Shown here one piece after another: positions 19,449 to 28,532 of a stretch of DNA of 64,000 bases. Under the pieces are notes generated by a model. The model saw only the letters and a list, made by a program, of their open reading frames with translations, was not told the DNA's origin and made no database searches. Location: positions 1,984,001 through 2,048,000 of the forward strand of contig CAXXLF010000002.1 of the NCBI GenBank assembly GCA_963664015.2. Reading direction: 5' to 3'. The position numbers and the translations under genes are program-made. Numbering within the stretch: the first letter of the stretch is position 1; the number at the start of each line of letters is the position of its first letter. Origin of the DNA: Candidatus Binatia bacterium (lineage in GTDB: Bacteria > Desulfobacterota > Binatia > UBA9968 > CAXXLF01).

Positions 19449-20390
19449 ATGGGAATTGAAAAAGTAAAAGGCATGCTTCTTCCGTTGCCGACTCCGTTTG
19501 ACGGCAATGGCGAGTTGGACGAAGGTTTGCTGGCCGAGTTGACCCGTTATTACGTAGAACAGGGGGTGGACGCGCTGTTTCCCTTTGGGTCCTTTGGAAT
19601 GGGACCCGCCATGTCCGTGGATCAACGCAAACGGGGACTCGAGATCGTCATGAAACAAGTTCAAGGGAAGGTTCCGGTGGTCGTCCATATCGGTGCGGTA
19701 GATCCTTATACCTCAAGGGATCTGGGACTCCACGCCCGGGCACAGGGTGCCGATGCGGTGGGAACGGTCGGACCCTATTACTATGCGGATCGGAGCGAGA
19801 CCGAATTGGTGGAACACATCAAGTTCCTCGACGCAGCGCTCAAAATGCCGCTGTTCTTCTATAATAATCCGCGCTACCAAGGGTATGCGGTGGGACCGGC
19901 CTTGATGTTGAAGATGCGGGAAGCGGCGCCTCGGCTCTTTGGGGCGAAGCTGGCCATGGGGTCCGTCGACGACGCGTTAATATACCAGGCGACGTTAGGA
20001 AAAGCCTTTAAGTGTTTTGTCCTTGCCAGCGGGCTATATCCGGGTCTGCGCTGTGGCGTTACGGGGACTGTCAGCCCGCCCTTGGCTGTGGCCGTGGAAC
20101 CAGGAGTGGCGTTGGTAAAAGCCGTTGAAGCTGGCAACGACGTCGAAGCGGCCCGCTTGCAGGAGGTGGTCATCGATTTGCATGGTACCATCCTGCAACT
20201 GTCCATCCGCTTTGGACGAAAAGTTTATACGGAAGGACTTCGCCATATTGGTTTTGACGTGAAAGAGTACCCCCGTTGGCCCAGCCCGGAGGTCCCTGCG
20301 GAGGTGAAAGCGGAAATCGGAAAGGCTATAGACGAAGCCCGCTCTGTCGTGGTGCCGACTCCTTTGGTTGCCGCGGCGTCTAGATCATAG
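19449..20390 (+). CDS. DapA/NanA family class I aldolase/lyase
   Basis: PTPFDGNGELDE, GADAV...PYYY, FFYNNP, Schiff-base GAKL; GxxGE replaced by GSFGM. Confidence 0.85.
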   Translation: MGIEKVKGMLLPLPTPFDGNGELDEGLLAELTRYYVEQGVDALFPFGSFGMGPAMSVDQRKRGLEIVMKQVQGKVPVVVHIGAVDPYTSRDLGLHARAQGADAVGTVGPYYYADRSETELVEHIKFLDAALKMPLFFYNNPRYQGYAVGPALMLKMREAAPRLFGAKLAMGSVDDALIYQATLGKAFKCFVLASGLYPGLRCGVTGTVSPPLAVAVEPGVALVKAVEAGNDVEAARLQEVVIDLHGTILQLSIRFGRKVYTEGLRHIGFDVKEYPRWPSPEVPAEVKAEIGKAIDEARSVVVPTPLVAAASRS

Positions 20391-20778
20391 TGGAAACCCG
20401 GTCGGGTCGGATTTTATAGAGGACCCGGATCTCTCCGGATTTGCGGAAGGGGTAGCGGTCCTTATCCAGGTATTTTTTTGCCAACTTGTCGATGTGATCG
20501 TCAGCCCCTTGTTCGGTAATCTCCACGACCTCTCCTCGTATGGCCAGATATCGGTAGGGATTGTCCGGGTCCAGTATGTCCAGGGCCACTTTCTTATTGC
20601 GCCGCATGTTTTTGTCTTTGACCCGCTCCTTTGCCGTGTTAACCAGGATATGGGTACCGTCGTAGTCACACCAGACCGGTGTGACCTGAGGACTTCCGTC
20701 GGCCATTAAGGTGGCCAAGTGGGCAAAGACCTTTTTGGTGAACAAGTCTTTGAGTGTGTCAGGAATGGTTGCCGCCAT
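20380..20778 (-). CDS. PPOX-class F420-dependent oxidoreductase
   Basis: LATLMADGSPQVTPVW, RVKDKNMRRN, NPYRYLAIRG, IDKLAKKY; RBS GAGGAG before ATG at 20778. Confidence 0.88.
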   Translation of the reverse strand: MAATIPDTLKDLFTKKVFAHLATLMADGSPQVTPVWCDYDGTHILVNTAKERVKDKNMRRNKKVALDILDPDNPYRYLAIRGEVVEITEQGADDHIDKLAKKYLDKDRYPFRKSGEIRVLYKIRPDRVSTMI

Positions 20779-20939
20779 TGGTTTCTTCTCCTCGGGATTT
20801 AATGAGGCTCGATTATTCCCTGTTGAAAGGACTGAGTCAAACGATTCCGGCGCAAACGGGTTGCAGGATTGGCCGCCCATTGAATGAATCGTTTATCCGC
20901 TCTCCCAGTAGGCAATGGGCGTAAACCTGTGGAGGCTTC

Positions 20940-22619
20940 ATGACAGTGTTTGTGCTCGCTGACCGCGTGGTAGATGCCGTCACCTCTCAAGTCCGGTCAC
21001 GGCCCTTACTCACCTTGTGCCTGATAGGTGCCCTTGTCTCTTTTACCGGAATCTCCAACGAGCTGTGGACTCCGGACGAGCCCCGCGTCGCGGCCATCGG
21101 TAGGGCCATGTGGGAGTCCGGATCGTGGGTTACTCCCCAATTGAACGGTGTGCTGTTTCCAGAATTGCTCCCTCTCTATTGGTGGGCTCAAGCGGCGGTC
21201 TTTGCCCTGTTCGGTTACGCCACTCCCACCCTGGCCCGTCTCCCATCGGCGGTGTTTGGCTTTGCCACGCTGCTTTTCACCTACGCCCTCGGCCGACGAT
21301 TTTTCCCCAAGGGGACTTGTCTGATGGCGGGCCTGGTCTTGGCTACCATGGCCCTATTTACCTTTACGACCCACTGGATTGCCGTAGACAGTGCCTTGGT
21401 GTGCATGACTGTAGGTGCATGGACCCTGTTTGTTTATGGGGAAGACCAGAGTGGAGCCCGGCGGCTTATTTTTCTACTCGGTATGGTTGTCTTTCTCGCC
21501 ATGGCCTTTTTAACCAAGGGGGTCTTTGGCCTCGGTATCCCCGTTCTGGGCATGGGCGTCTATCTATTATGGAACAAGCGCTTCCGGCGGTTTCTTGGTG
21601 GGCACTTGGTTGTAGGTGGAGCGCTCTTTGCCACCGGGGTTGGGCTTTGGCTCTGGGCATTGTGGCGGGAGGGCGGCGGTGCCCCGCTGGAGACTTTTTT
21701 CAGTTACAACCAGCCGCAGCGTTTTTTCCCTCAACAAGGAGTCTTTCAGGAAGGTCATGGGCAACCAATCTGGTACTACCTTGTCAGTACCCCGGCCCAT
21801 CTACTCCCATGGACCCCCTTTGTGTTTCTCGCGGGTCTTTGGGGGTGGCGCAACTGGCGTCAGATCCCACCCGTCCAACTGGACGGGCTACGATTCTGCC
21901 TTTCGGGAACGCTTCCCGTGTTGATTGTCCTATCTCTGGCCGGAACCAAACGGGGGGTCTACCTGCTGCCAATCTATCCTTTGATTGCGTTGCTGGTGGG
22001 CTGCTGGGCCACCGCCCATGGGGTCCGCCATCCCTGGGAGGATAAAGTCGAGCGCTGGTGGTTGTTATGCCTCATCGCCTTGGCCGCTCTGTCGCCTGCC
22101 ACTCTTTTTTTGGCGCCGCGTATCTGGCCCTATGGGCTCGGAGTATTGGTAAGCTTCATGGTTTTTTGGTGTTCATCTAAAGGCTTTGCTACACTAGCGC
22201 GCGACGCACGACTTCTGCGGGCGGCACTGCTTTGCACCGTAGCTGCAGGCCTCCTGTTGATGGCGGGCAAACCATTCTTAGACCGCTACAAGAGCTATGT
22301 TCCCTTCGTTCGAGAGCTTGAGAAGCAGAGCGATCCGGCAACGCCGCTATACACGTACCCCCTAGACGAGACAACGCTGGGGCTGGTAGGTTTTTATACG
22401 GGGCGAAAAATGAAGGTTGTTGACCTTGCGGAGTTGAAGGCCCTGGCCGGTGGGGGCACAACTAGCTTGCTGATCGTGCGAGATCGGAAGAAAAGGGATC
22501 AAAACTACGGTTCCATCGTCGAGGCTGGTATCTCCCATAGAGTGCTAACCGAGCAGGTGACGGGTAATACTCGTGTCATGCGAATTATTGCCCTTGGGGG
22601 TCAACAAAACAATCCATGA
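20940..22619 (+). CDS. ArnT-family (GT83/PMT-like) glycosyltransferase
   Basis: LWTPDEPR, ARLPSA, AFLTKG, GH.QP.WYY, K...YLLP; multi-TM. Confidence 0.85.
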   Translation: MTVFVLADRVVDAVTSQVRSRPLLTLCLIGALVSFTGISNELWTPDEPRVAAIGRAMWESGSWVTPQLNGVLFPELLPLYWWAQAAVFALFGYATPTLARLPSAVFGFATLLFTYALGRRFFPKGTCLMAGLVLATMALFTFTTHWIAVDSALVCMTVGAWTLFVYGEDQSGARRLIFLLGMVVFLAMAFLTKGVFGLGIPVLGMGVYLLWNKRFRRFLGGHLVVGGALFATGVGLWLWALWREGGGAPLETFFSYNQPQRFFPQQGVFQEGHGQPIWYYLVSTPAHLLPWTPFVFLAGLWGWRNWRQIPPVQLDGLRFCLSGTLPVLIVLSLAGTKRGVYLLPIYPLIALLVGCWATAHGVRHPWEDKVERWWLLCLIALAALSPATLFLAPRIWPYGLGVLVSFMVFWCSSKGFATLARDARLLRAALLCTVAAGLLLMAGKPFLDRYKSYVPFVRELEKQSDPATPLYTYPLDETTLGLVGFYTGRKMKVVDLAELKALAGGGTTSLLIVRDRKKRDQNYGSIVEAGISHRVLTEQVTGNTRVMRIIALGGQQNNP

Positions 22620-22862
22620 ACCCGTCGTTTCAGTGCCGCCGAGTAGATTCTGACGGGTTGGTCCGCAGGTAAAGGCTGCGACCATGCCGGCTTACTGTAT
22701 TTGTTATTCTATTGGTTTTTTGATATGGGTCTAAACGCTCTCACTGGCAGGTCTTGGATGCCGGAACGATACCGAGTCATATATCCTTCAGTATTATTTC
22801 GCTTACTTTTTAAGCCCTTTGTGCCCAGTGCCTCGAGCTGACCAAAGCCAAAAATTTTACCT

Positions 22863-23831
22863 ATGCCCCGGGCAAATAAAATAGACTTAGTCATTCCCGT
22901 ATACAATGAAGAGGCCAATCTGCCTCTGTTGTTTGGACGCCTCACGGAGGACCTTGCCTCGTTGCCATGCAATTGGCGCGTTATCCTTGTCGACGATGGC
23001 AGCCGCGATCGATCCTGGGAGCTGATTACCGAAACCGTGAAACGGGACCCTCATTTCTACGGGTTGCGTCTGAGTCGTAACTACGGTCAGCACGCTGCGA
23101 TCTTCGCCGGCTTCTCCCGTTGCGACGCCGATGCGGTGGTCACATTGGACGCCGATCTCCAGAACCCACCGGCAGAAATTCCCAAGCTGGTTGCCAAGTT
23201 CAACGAAGGGTACGATGCGGTTGGAGGGTGGCGCCGCACGCGCGAGGACAGTTCTTTGCGCCGGGCCTCCTCGTTTTTTATGAACCGGATTGTTTCATTT
23301 GCGACGGGGGTGTCGTTGCATGACTACGGCTGCATGCTGCGGCTCTACAGCATGGATGTGGTTCGACTCATGAGCAACTCGGGTGAAATCTCCAGTTTCA
23401 TCCCCGCTCTGGCCCAGTGCTATACCCACCGATCGGTGGAGATACCGGTTGAGCATGCAGAACGCAACGAGGGCAAATCCCGTTACTCCTTCTCCAAGCT
23501 TATCGGGTTGCTCTTGGACCTGCTAACCGGGTTTTCTATGATGCCGCTCCGGACGCTTTCTGTCGTCGGGTTGGTGCTCGCCGGTTGCGGCATGGCCTTT
23601 GGTCTGTTGTTGCTAGGGCTGCGTCTTATCTATGGACCCGAATGGGCTGTTGGCGGGGTGTTCACCCTGTTTGCTGTCTTGTTCTTTTTCGTGGGTGCTC
23701 AGTTCCTCGCCTTCGGGACCCTGGGTGAGTACATTGGCCGGATTTACAACGAGGTTCGAGGGCGACCCCAGTTCGTGGTGCACGAAGAGACGGGGGGTGT
23801 GCCGGAGGGGAAGGTTGTTCGGACCGTATGA
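22863..23831 (+). CDS. arnC: Undecaprenyl-phosphate Ara4FN transferase (GT2)
   Basis: IPVYNEE, DDGSRD, RNYGQHAAI, LDADLQNPP, DYGCMLR, GEYIGRIY. Confidence 0.9.
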   Translation: MPRANKIDLVIPVYNEEANLPLLFGRLTEDLASLPCNWRVILVDDGSRDRSWELITETVKRDPHFYGLRLSRNYGQHAAIFAGFSRCDADAVVTLDADLQNPPAEIPKLVAKFNEGYDAVGGWRRTREDSSLRRASSFFMNRIVSFATGVSLHDYGCMLRLYSMDVVRLMSNSGEISSFIPALAQCYTHRSVEIPVEHAERNEGKSRYSFSKLIGLLLDLLTGFSMMPLRTLSVVGLVLAGCGMAFGLLLLGLRLIYGPEWAVGGVFTLFAVLFFFVGAQFLAFGTLGEYIGRIYNEVRGRPQFVVHEETGGVPEGKVVRTV

Positions 23832-24766
23832 GTACGGTCGTCCTTGCCTACCACGAAGTTGGATGCGCTGGCCTCGAGTTTCTCGTGGAGGCTGGAGCTG
23901 ATGTCAGAGCTGTATTTACTCATGACGACGATCCCGGCGAAAACGTTTGGTTCAGCTCTGTTGCGCAGCTTGCCTCGCGCTACGGATTGAAGGTCTACGC
24001 CCCCGAGCGGATTAACGATGCCCAATGGGTAGAAGTGATTCGTAACTGCGAACCGGATCTCCTTTTTTCATTCTATTATCGAAAGATTGTCTCTTCCGAA
24101 ATCCTCGCAGTTCCGCTCCATGGATGCTATAACTTGCATGGATCCCTCCTGCCACGCTTCCGTGGTCGCAGTCCCACCAACTGGGCCATTCTCATGGGCG
24201 AAAAAAAAACAGGTGTAACGCTTCACCGGATGGTGCCCAGGGCCGACACGGGGGATATCGTAGGACAGATGGAAGTCGATATCGGAGAAGTAGACGAGGT
24301 CCGTACGGTGCTCATGAAGCAGGTCGAAGCGACTCGAGCCTTATTGACTGAGGTCTATCCTCAGGTGGTCTCTGGCCAGGCCATTGGGACGCCGCAGGAT
24401 GAACGATTGGCAACGAAATTCGGCGGACGCCGTCCCGAGGACGGGGCCATCGATTGGAAGCAGAGCGCCGAGTCCATTCACAATTTAGTTCGTGCCGTCA
24501 CCTATCCGTGGCCGGGAGGGTTCTCCGTACGGCGCGGTCAAAAGTGTATCATCTGGCGAACCCGCCGCTACGTTGGGCCCACACCTGTGACCCTGGGGAA
24601 GCCCGGGGATATCGTTAGCGCCACCGATCAGGGAGTGCTGGTGGCCTGTGGGTCCGGATTTGTCGAAATATTGCAGGCGCAGGTTCCGCCCGGACCATGG
24701 GTGGATGGAAGTAGACTGAAGGATTTGCTGGCCCCCATGCCGGGATGCAGGTTCGGATCAGATTAG
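23828..24766 (+). CDS. arnA: Stand-alone ArnA formyltransferase domain
   Basis: AYHEVG, FTHDDDPGENVWF, FSFYYR, NLHGSLLP, HNLVRAVTYPWPG. Confidence 0.88.
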   Translation: MSTVVLAYHEVGCAGLEFLVEAGADVRAVFTHDDDPGENVWFSSVAQLASRYGLKVYAPERINDAQWVEVIRNCEPDLLFSFYYRKIVSSEILAVPLHGCYNLHGSLLPRFRGRSPTNWAILMGEKKTGVTLHRMVPRADTGDIVGQMEVDIGEVDEVRTVLMKQVEATRALLTEVYPQVVSGQAIGTPQDERLATKFGGRRPEDGAIDWKQSAESIHNLVRAVTYPWPGGFSVRRGQKCIIWRTRRYVGPTPVTLGKPGDIVSATDQGVLVACGSGFVEILQAQVPPGPWVDGSRLKDLLAPMPGCRFGSD

Positions 24767-24775
24767 GGAGACAAT

Positions 24776-25744
24776 GTGAAAATTTTGATTACTGGAGGGG
24801 CGGGATTTTTGGGGTCCCATCTAGCAGAGGCGTTCATCGAACGAGGGGACCATGTGGTGATTATGGACACAGCCGGGCCCGCCAAGATCCAACACCTCAT
24901 GGACAACAAGCGACTGGAATACCATGCCGCCTCAATTCTGAATCCTGAGATCACGGATCAATTGTTCCATGGGATCGAACTGGTTTATCACCTTGGGGCG
25001 GTGGTCGGTGTCGAGCATTACGTTTCGGATCCCCTCAAGGTCCTTAACGTCAACGTCAATGGCACACAAAATGTGCTTGCGTCAGCCATGCGCCACGGAT
25101 GCCGCGTGGTGTTCAGCTCGACCTCGGAGGTCTATGGGCGCAACCCAAAGGTTCCCTTCAAAGAAGACGATGATCGCGTGCTCGGCTCGACGAGTATCGA
25201 CCGGTGGTGTTACTCGACATCGAAGGCGGTGGGGGAGCACTTTTGTTTTGCCTATCATAAAAAGGGACTTCCCGTTACGATCGTTCGCTACTTCAACATC
25301 TACGGCCCCCGGCTGGACGCAATCGATCTGGGACGCGTGGTGAGCATCTTCATGGGCCAGGTTCTTCGCGGAAAAGACGTTACCGTGGTGGGCGATGGGG
25401 CCCAGACGCGGTGTTTTACCTATGTCAGCGACGCCATTCAAGCCACGGTCCAAGCCGGGCTGAAGGCCGAAGCGATCGGAGGAATCTTCAATATCGGTAC
25501 CGACGAAGAAACCCGTATGCTCGATTTCGCTCGCATCCTAATCGAGGAGACAGGATCGCCGTCCCAGATCCGTTTCGTTACTCAGGAGTCCGTTTACGGC
25601 AATAGCTATGAAGACGTCCCACGGCGGGTGCCCGACAATACGCTCATGAAGGAAATACTCGGCACCGTTCCGGTGGTCGGACTCCGCGAAGGTCTCCGTC
25701 TGACCATCGAGTGGTTTCGAAAAGCTTACCCTGAAATCGGTTAG
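24776..25744 (+). CDS. NAD-dependent UDP-glucuronate decarboxylase/epimerase (functional stand-in for ArnA-DH)
   Basis: TGGAGFLG, SSTSEVYG, RWCYSTSK, RYFNIYGPR, YEDVPRRVPD. Confidence 0.82.
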   Translation: MKILITGGAGFLGSHLAEAFIERGDHVVIMDTAGPAKIQHLMDNKRLEYHAASILNPEITDQLFHGIELVYHLGAVVGVEHYVSDPLKVLNVNVNGTQNVLASAMRHGCRVVFSSTSEVYGRNPKVPFKEDDDRVLGSTSIDRWCYSTSKAVGEHFCFAYHKKGLPVTIVRYFNIYGPRLDAIDLGRVVSIFMGQVLRGKDVTVVGDGAQTRCFTYVSDAIQATVQAGLKAEAIGGIFNIGTDEETRMLDFARILIEETGSPSQIRFVTQESVYGNSYEDVPRRVPDNTLMKEILGTVPVVGLREGLRLTIEWFRKAYPEIG

Positions 25745-25750
25745 CTCAAG

Positions 25751-26653
25751 GTGTCTGTTGAAATCTCCCTCAAGGTAGACGTATGCAACCGGAGGGCCCT
25801 GGAGCAAGGGATTCCTGGGATTCTCCGCTTGCTAAAAGAGTTTGACGTTCGGGCCTCTTTCTTTGTGGCCTTTGGGCCGGACAATTCGGGAAAGGCAATA
25901 CGTCGACTATTTCGACGGGGATTTATTAAAAAGATGCTTCGCACCCGAGCGCCCATGACCTACGGGGTAAAGACCTTGTTTTATGGTACGCTGCTCCCCG
26001 CTCCCCCGGTGGGTGAGGCGTTGCCTCAACTGCTCAGGCAGGTCCGAGATGGGGGACATGAAATCGGTCTCCATGGTTGGGATCACGTCGGTTGGCATGA
26101 CGGGCTTACTCGGATGACCGATGCCCAGGTACACGGTTCGTTGACTCATGCCTCACGACTGTTCGACCAAAGCCTGGAGAGTGCCCCCAACTATTCGGGT
26201 GTACCCGGTTGGCAGGTCACCGCGGCGAGCTTACGAATTCAAGAAGAGTTTGGCTTCAAGTTTGCCAGTGACTGCCGCGGGCGGCGACCCTTCTACCCGC
26301 TTGTCGACGGAACCGTACTGGGAACCCTGCAGGTCCCGACAACGCTGCCTACATCCGATGAGGTGTTGGGAACGGTGGGTATTACGGTAGAGAACCTTGC
26401 CGATTATTATCGCAGCAAACTTATAGAAGACAGTGTTAATGTTTTGGGATTGCATGCAGAGCTCGAGGGGCTCGGATCCATGAAGTGGCTGCATGAATTC
26501 CTTTCGAGATCGCAACGGGACGGCGACCGATTCCAGTTGCTGACCGAGGTTGCCCAGCGCGAGGGCTCAACGGCACCGGCCAACGATATTGTCCAAAAAG
26601 AAATCCCCGGTCGCGCGGGACTCGTCGCCTGTCAGGGGACCGACAAAGGATAG
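25751..26653 (+). CDS. arnD: Ara4FN deformylase (polysaccharide deacetylase fold)
   Basis: LKVDV, GPDNSG, YGTLLPAP, HEIGLHGWDH, PTTLPT.DE, HAELEG. Confidence 0.9.
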   Translation: MSVEISLKVDVCNRRALEQGIPGILRLLKEFDVRASFFVAFGPDNSGKAIRRLFRRGFIKKMLRTRAPMTYGVKTLFYGTLLPAPPVGEALPQLLRQVRDGGHEIGLHGWDHVGWHDGLTRMTDAQVHGSLTHASRLFDQSLESAPNYSGVPGWQVTAASLRIQEEFGFKFASDCRGRRPFYPLVDGTVLGTLQVPTTLPTSDEVLGTVGITVENLADYYRSKLIEDSVNVLGLHAELEGLGSMKWLHEFLSRSQRDGDRFQLLTEVAQREGSTAPANDIVQKEIPGRAGLVACQGTDKG

Positions 26654-26694
26654 GCTGATAGGCTTTGATGCAAGGTAAGGTCGACCTCTAAGCG

Positions 26695-28404
26695 GTGGAC
26701 ATTTTGACCACGACTGACCAATCTTCGGATAACACAATCGCACGCATTGTATTTTGGACAGTTGCTGTGGCCGTCCTGTTCATACGCCTCGGTGATCACG
26801 GGTTGTGGGGCTCCGAGGGACGTTGGGCGGAGATTGTCCGGAACATGCTCCTCACGGGGGACTATTTTCACCCCTTTATCAACGATGAGGTCTACTTTGA
26901 CAAGCCGCTGCTGTCCTATTGGTTGATGGCGGCGAGCACCGTACTTACCGGCGGAGCTTCCGAACTCGCCATCAGGATTTCGTGCGCTCTGGCGGGCCTC
27001 GCTGCGCTCGCGGCCACTCGATCGGTGGCCCGTAGGCTGTGGTCGGAGGATGTGGCTCAGATCGCCGGATGGCTGCTGCTGACCAATTACAGCTTTCTCC
27101 TATGGTCGAGAACGGCGGCGTCGGATATGGGGAATCTTGCGGCCATCATGATCGCTGCCGCTTGGTTCTTTGCACGTGAGCACAAGCAGGGTATCTCAAC
27201 CTACTTGGTATTTTATCTGATCCTGGCCCTTGGAGGCCAGATGAAAGGGCTCCTGGCAATGGTAGTACCGGCCCTGGCTCTTCTCCCCTGGCTTCTGCGT
27301 GAAGGGCGCTGGAAGAACCATCTCAAGGCTTCCCACGGTATCGCCATAGGGGTCGGCGCCGGGCTTTATTTAGCACCGTTCTTGTGGTCCGCGCACCAGC
27401 CACTGCCAGAGGGTTACAGCCTCCAACGCGAAGGGTTGGGGGGGGTGGAACTTGTCATTCGCGAGAACATCACCCGCTTTTTCAGCCCGTTCGATCATGC
27501 CGGCCCCTGGTATCTCTACTTCTACGAGCTACCCCGCTGCCTATTGCCTTGGTCCCTTCTCTTTGTCGGAGCCTTAGGAGCCAAATTGAAATCTTTCAAG
27601 GGCCTCGACCGCCACACGCGCTGGCTCGTAGAGGCCATCGCCGTCATCTTTTTGTTTTTCTCCGCCTCCGGCTCGAGACGCTGGTACTACATTCTGCCCA
27701 TCGTGCCCTTCTGTATAATTCTCATTGGAGTGTTTCTAACCGAACCAGGCTGGCAGCGGACTAAGCGTGCCTGTCTGTGGATCACTGGAGCGGGATTCTT
27801 TCCGGCGACGGTACTATTTCTCGTCTCACCCCTCTTGTGGCCTCTGGTGGAAGAACGCGGGTTCGTTCCCGTTGACGTGTTGCGTTATGGAACGATTGTG
27901 GTTGGTATCCTATCACTAGCGGTTTTGACCGTCCATTGGGTTCGGCCTCAGTTTCTGGCTCGGTATACGGGAACCGATCGTAGTCTGGCCTGGCTGGTTG
28001 TCGCTTTTATGGTCGTTTTGGGTGGAGTGTTTGCCGTGCAACGTCCCGGTATGGAGGTTTATCGGACAAAGAAAAGCTTTGTGGTTCAACTCCGAACCCT
28101 CGTGCAACGTCCCGAGGATCTCGTTCTCTTTATGCCCTTTGTGCATGCCGAAATACTGTTCTACCTCAATCAACCGCAGCCGGTGGCGAACCCGCGAAAT
28201 TCTGACGATTTACGCCGCACGTTGACTCGCAGTAGTGGTCCCAAGATCGTCGTCGTTCAAAAAGCCTGGCTAGCGGATCTGCAACAAGCGGTGCCAAGCG
28301 TAAAAATCGATAAGCCGGTGGCGGCCGAGAAAGTTATGCCTTGGGAGAAAGATCGAAAAGGTAAAAAACTCTTTGCCTTCCGGATTGTCCCGCAGCCATC
28401 TTGA
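26695..28404 (+). CDS. arnT: Second ArnT-family glycosyltransferase
   Basis: LWGSEGRW, YFDKPLLSYW, QMKG, PFDH.GPWY.Y, SRRWYYILP. Confidence 0.82.
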   Translation: MDILTTTDQSSDNTIARIVFWTVAVAVLFIRLGDHGLWGSEGRWAEIVRNMLLTGDYFHPFINDEVYFDKPLLSYWLMAASTVLTGGASELAIRISCALAGLAALAATRSVARRLWSEDVAQIAGWLLLTNYSFLLWSRTAASDMGNLAAIMIAAAWFFAREHKQGISTYLVFYLILALGGQMKGLLAMVVPALALLPWLLREGRWKNHLKASHGIAIGVGAGLYLAPFLWSAHQPLPEGYSLQREGLGGVELVIRENITRFFSPFDHAGPWYLYFYELPRCLLPWSLLFVGALGAKLKSFKGLDRHTRWLVEAIAVIFLFFSASGSRRWYYILPIVPFCIILIGVFLTEPGWQRTKRACLWITGAGFFPATVLFLVSPLLWPLVEERGFVPVDVLRYGTIVVGILSLAVLTVHWVRPQFLARYTGTDRSLAWLVVAFMVVLGGVFAVQRPGMEVYRTKKSFVVQLRTLVQRPEDLVLFMPFVHAEILFYLNQPQPVANPRNSDDLRRTLTRSSGPKIVVVQKAWLADLQQAVPSVKIDKPVAAEKVMPWEKDRKGKKLFAFRIVPQPS

Positions 28405-28492
28405 TGCCAGTGCCGATTCCAGGTAAGGCCGTGGGCCTCGGGGCCAGTCCGGTTCGGCGACTGTCAACACGAAACGGTTCTACGGTCCGAAT

Positions 28493-28521
28493 TTGACATC
28501 ACCCCCATCCTCGCCTAACCT
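28493..28521 (+). promoter_or_regulatory. Putative sigma70 promoter of dinB
   Basis: TTGACA-17 nt-TAACCT ending 11 nt before the ATG (near-leaderless transcript). Confidence 0.5.
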
Positions 28522-28532
28522 CAAGAACGAAT

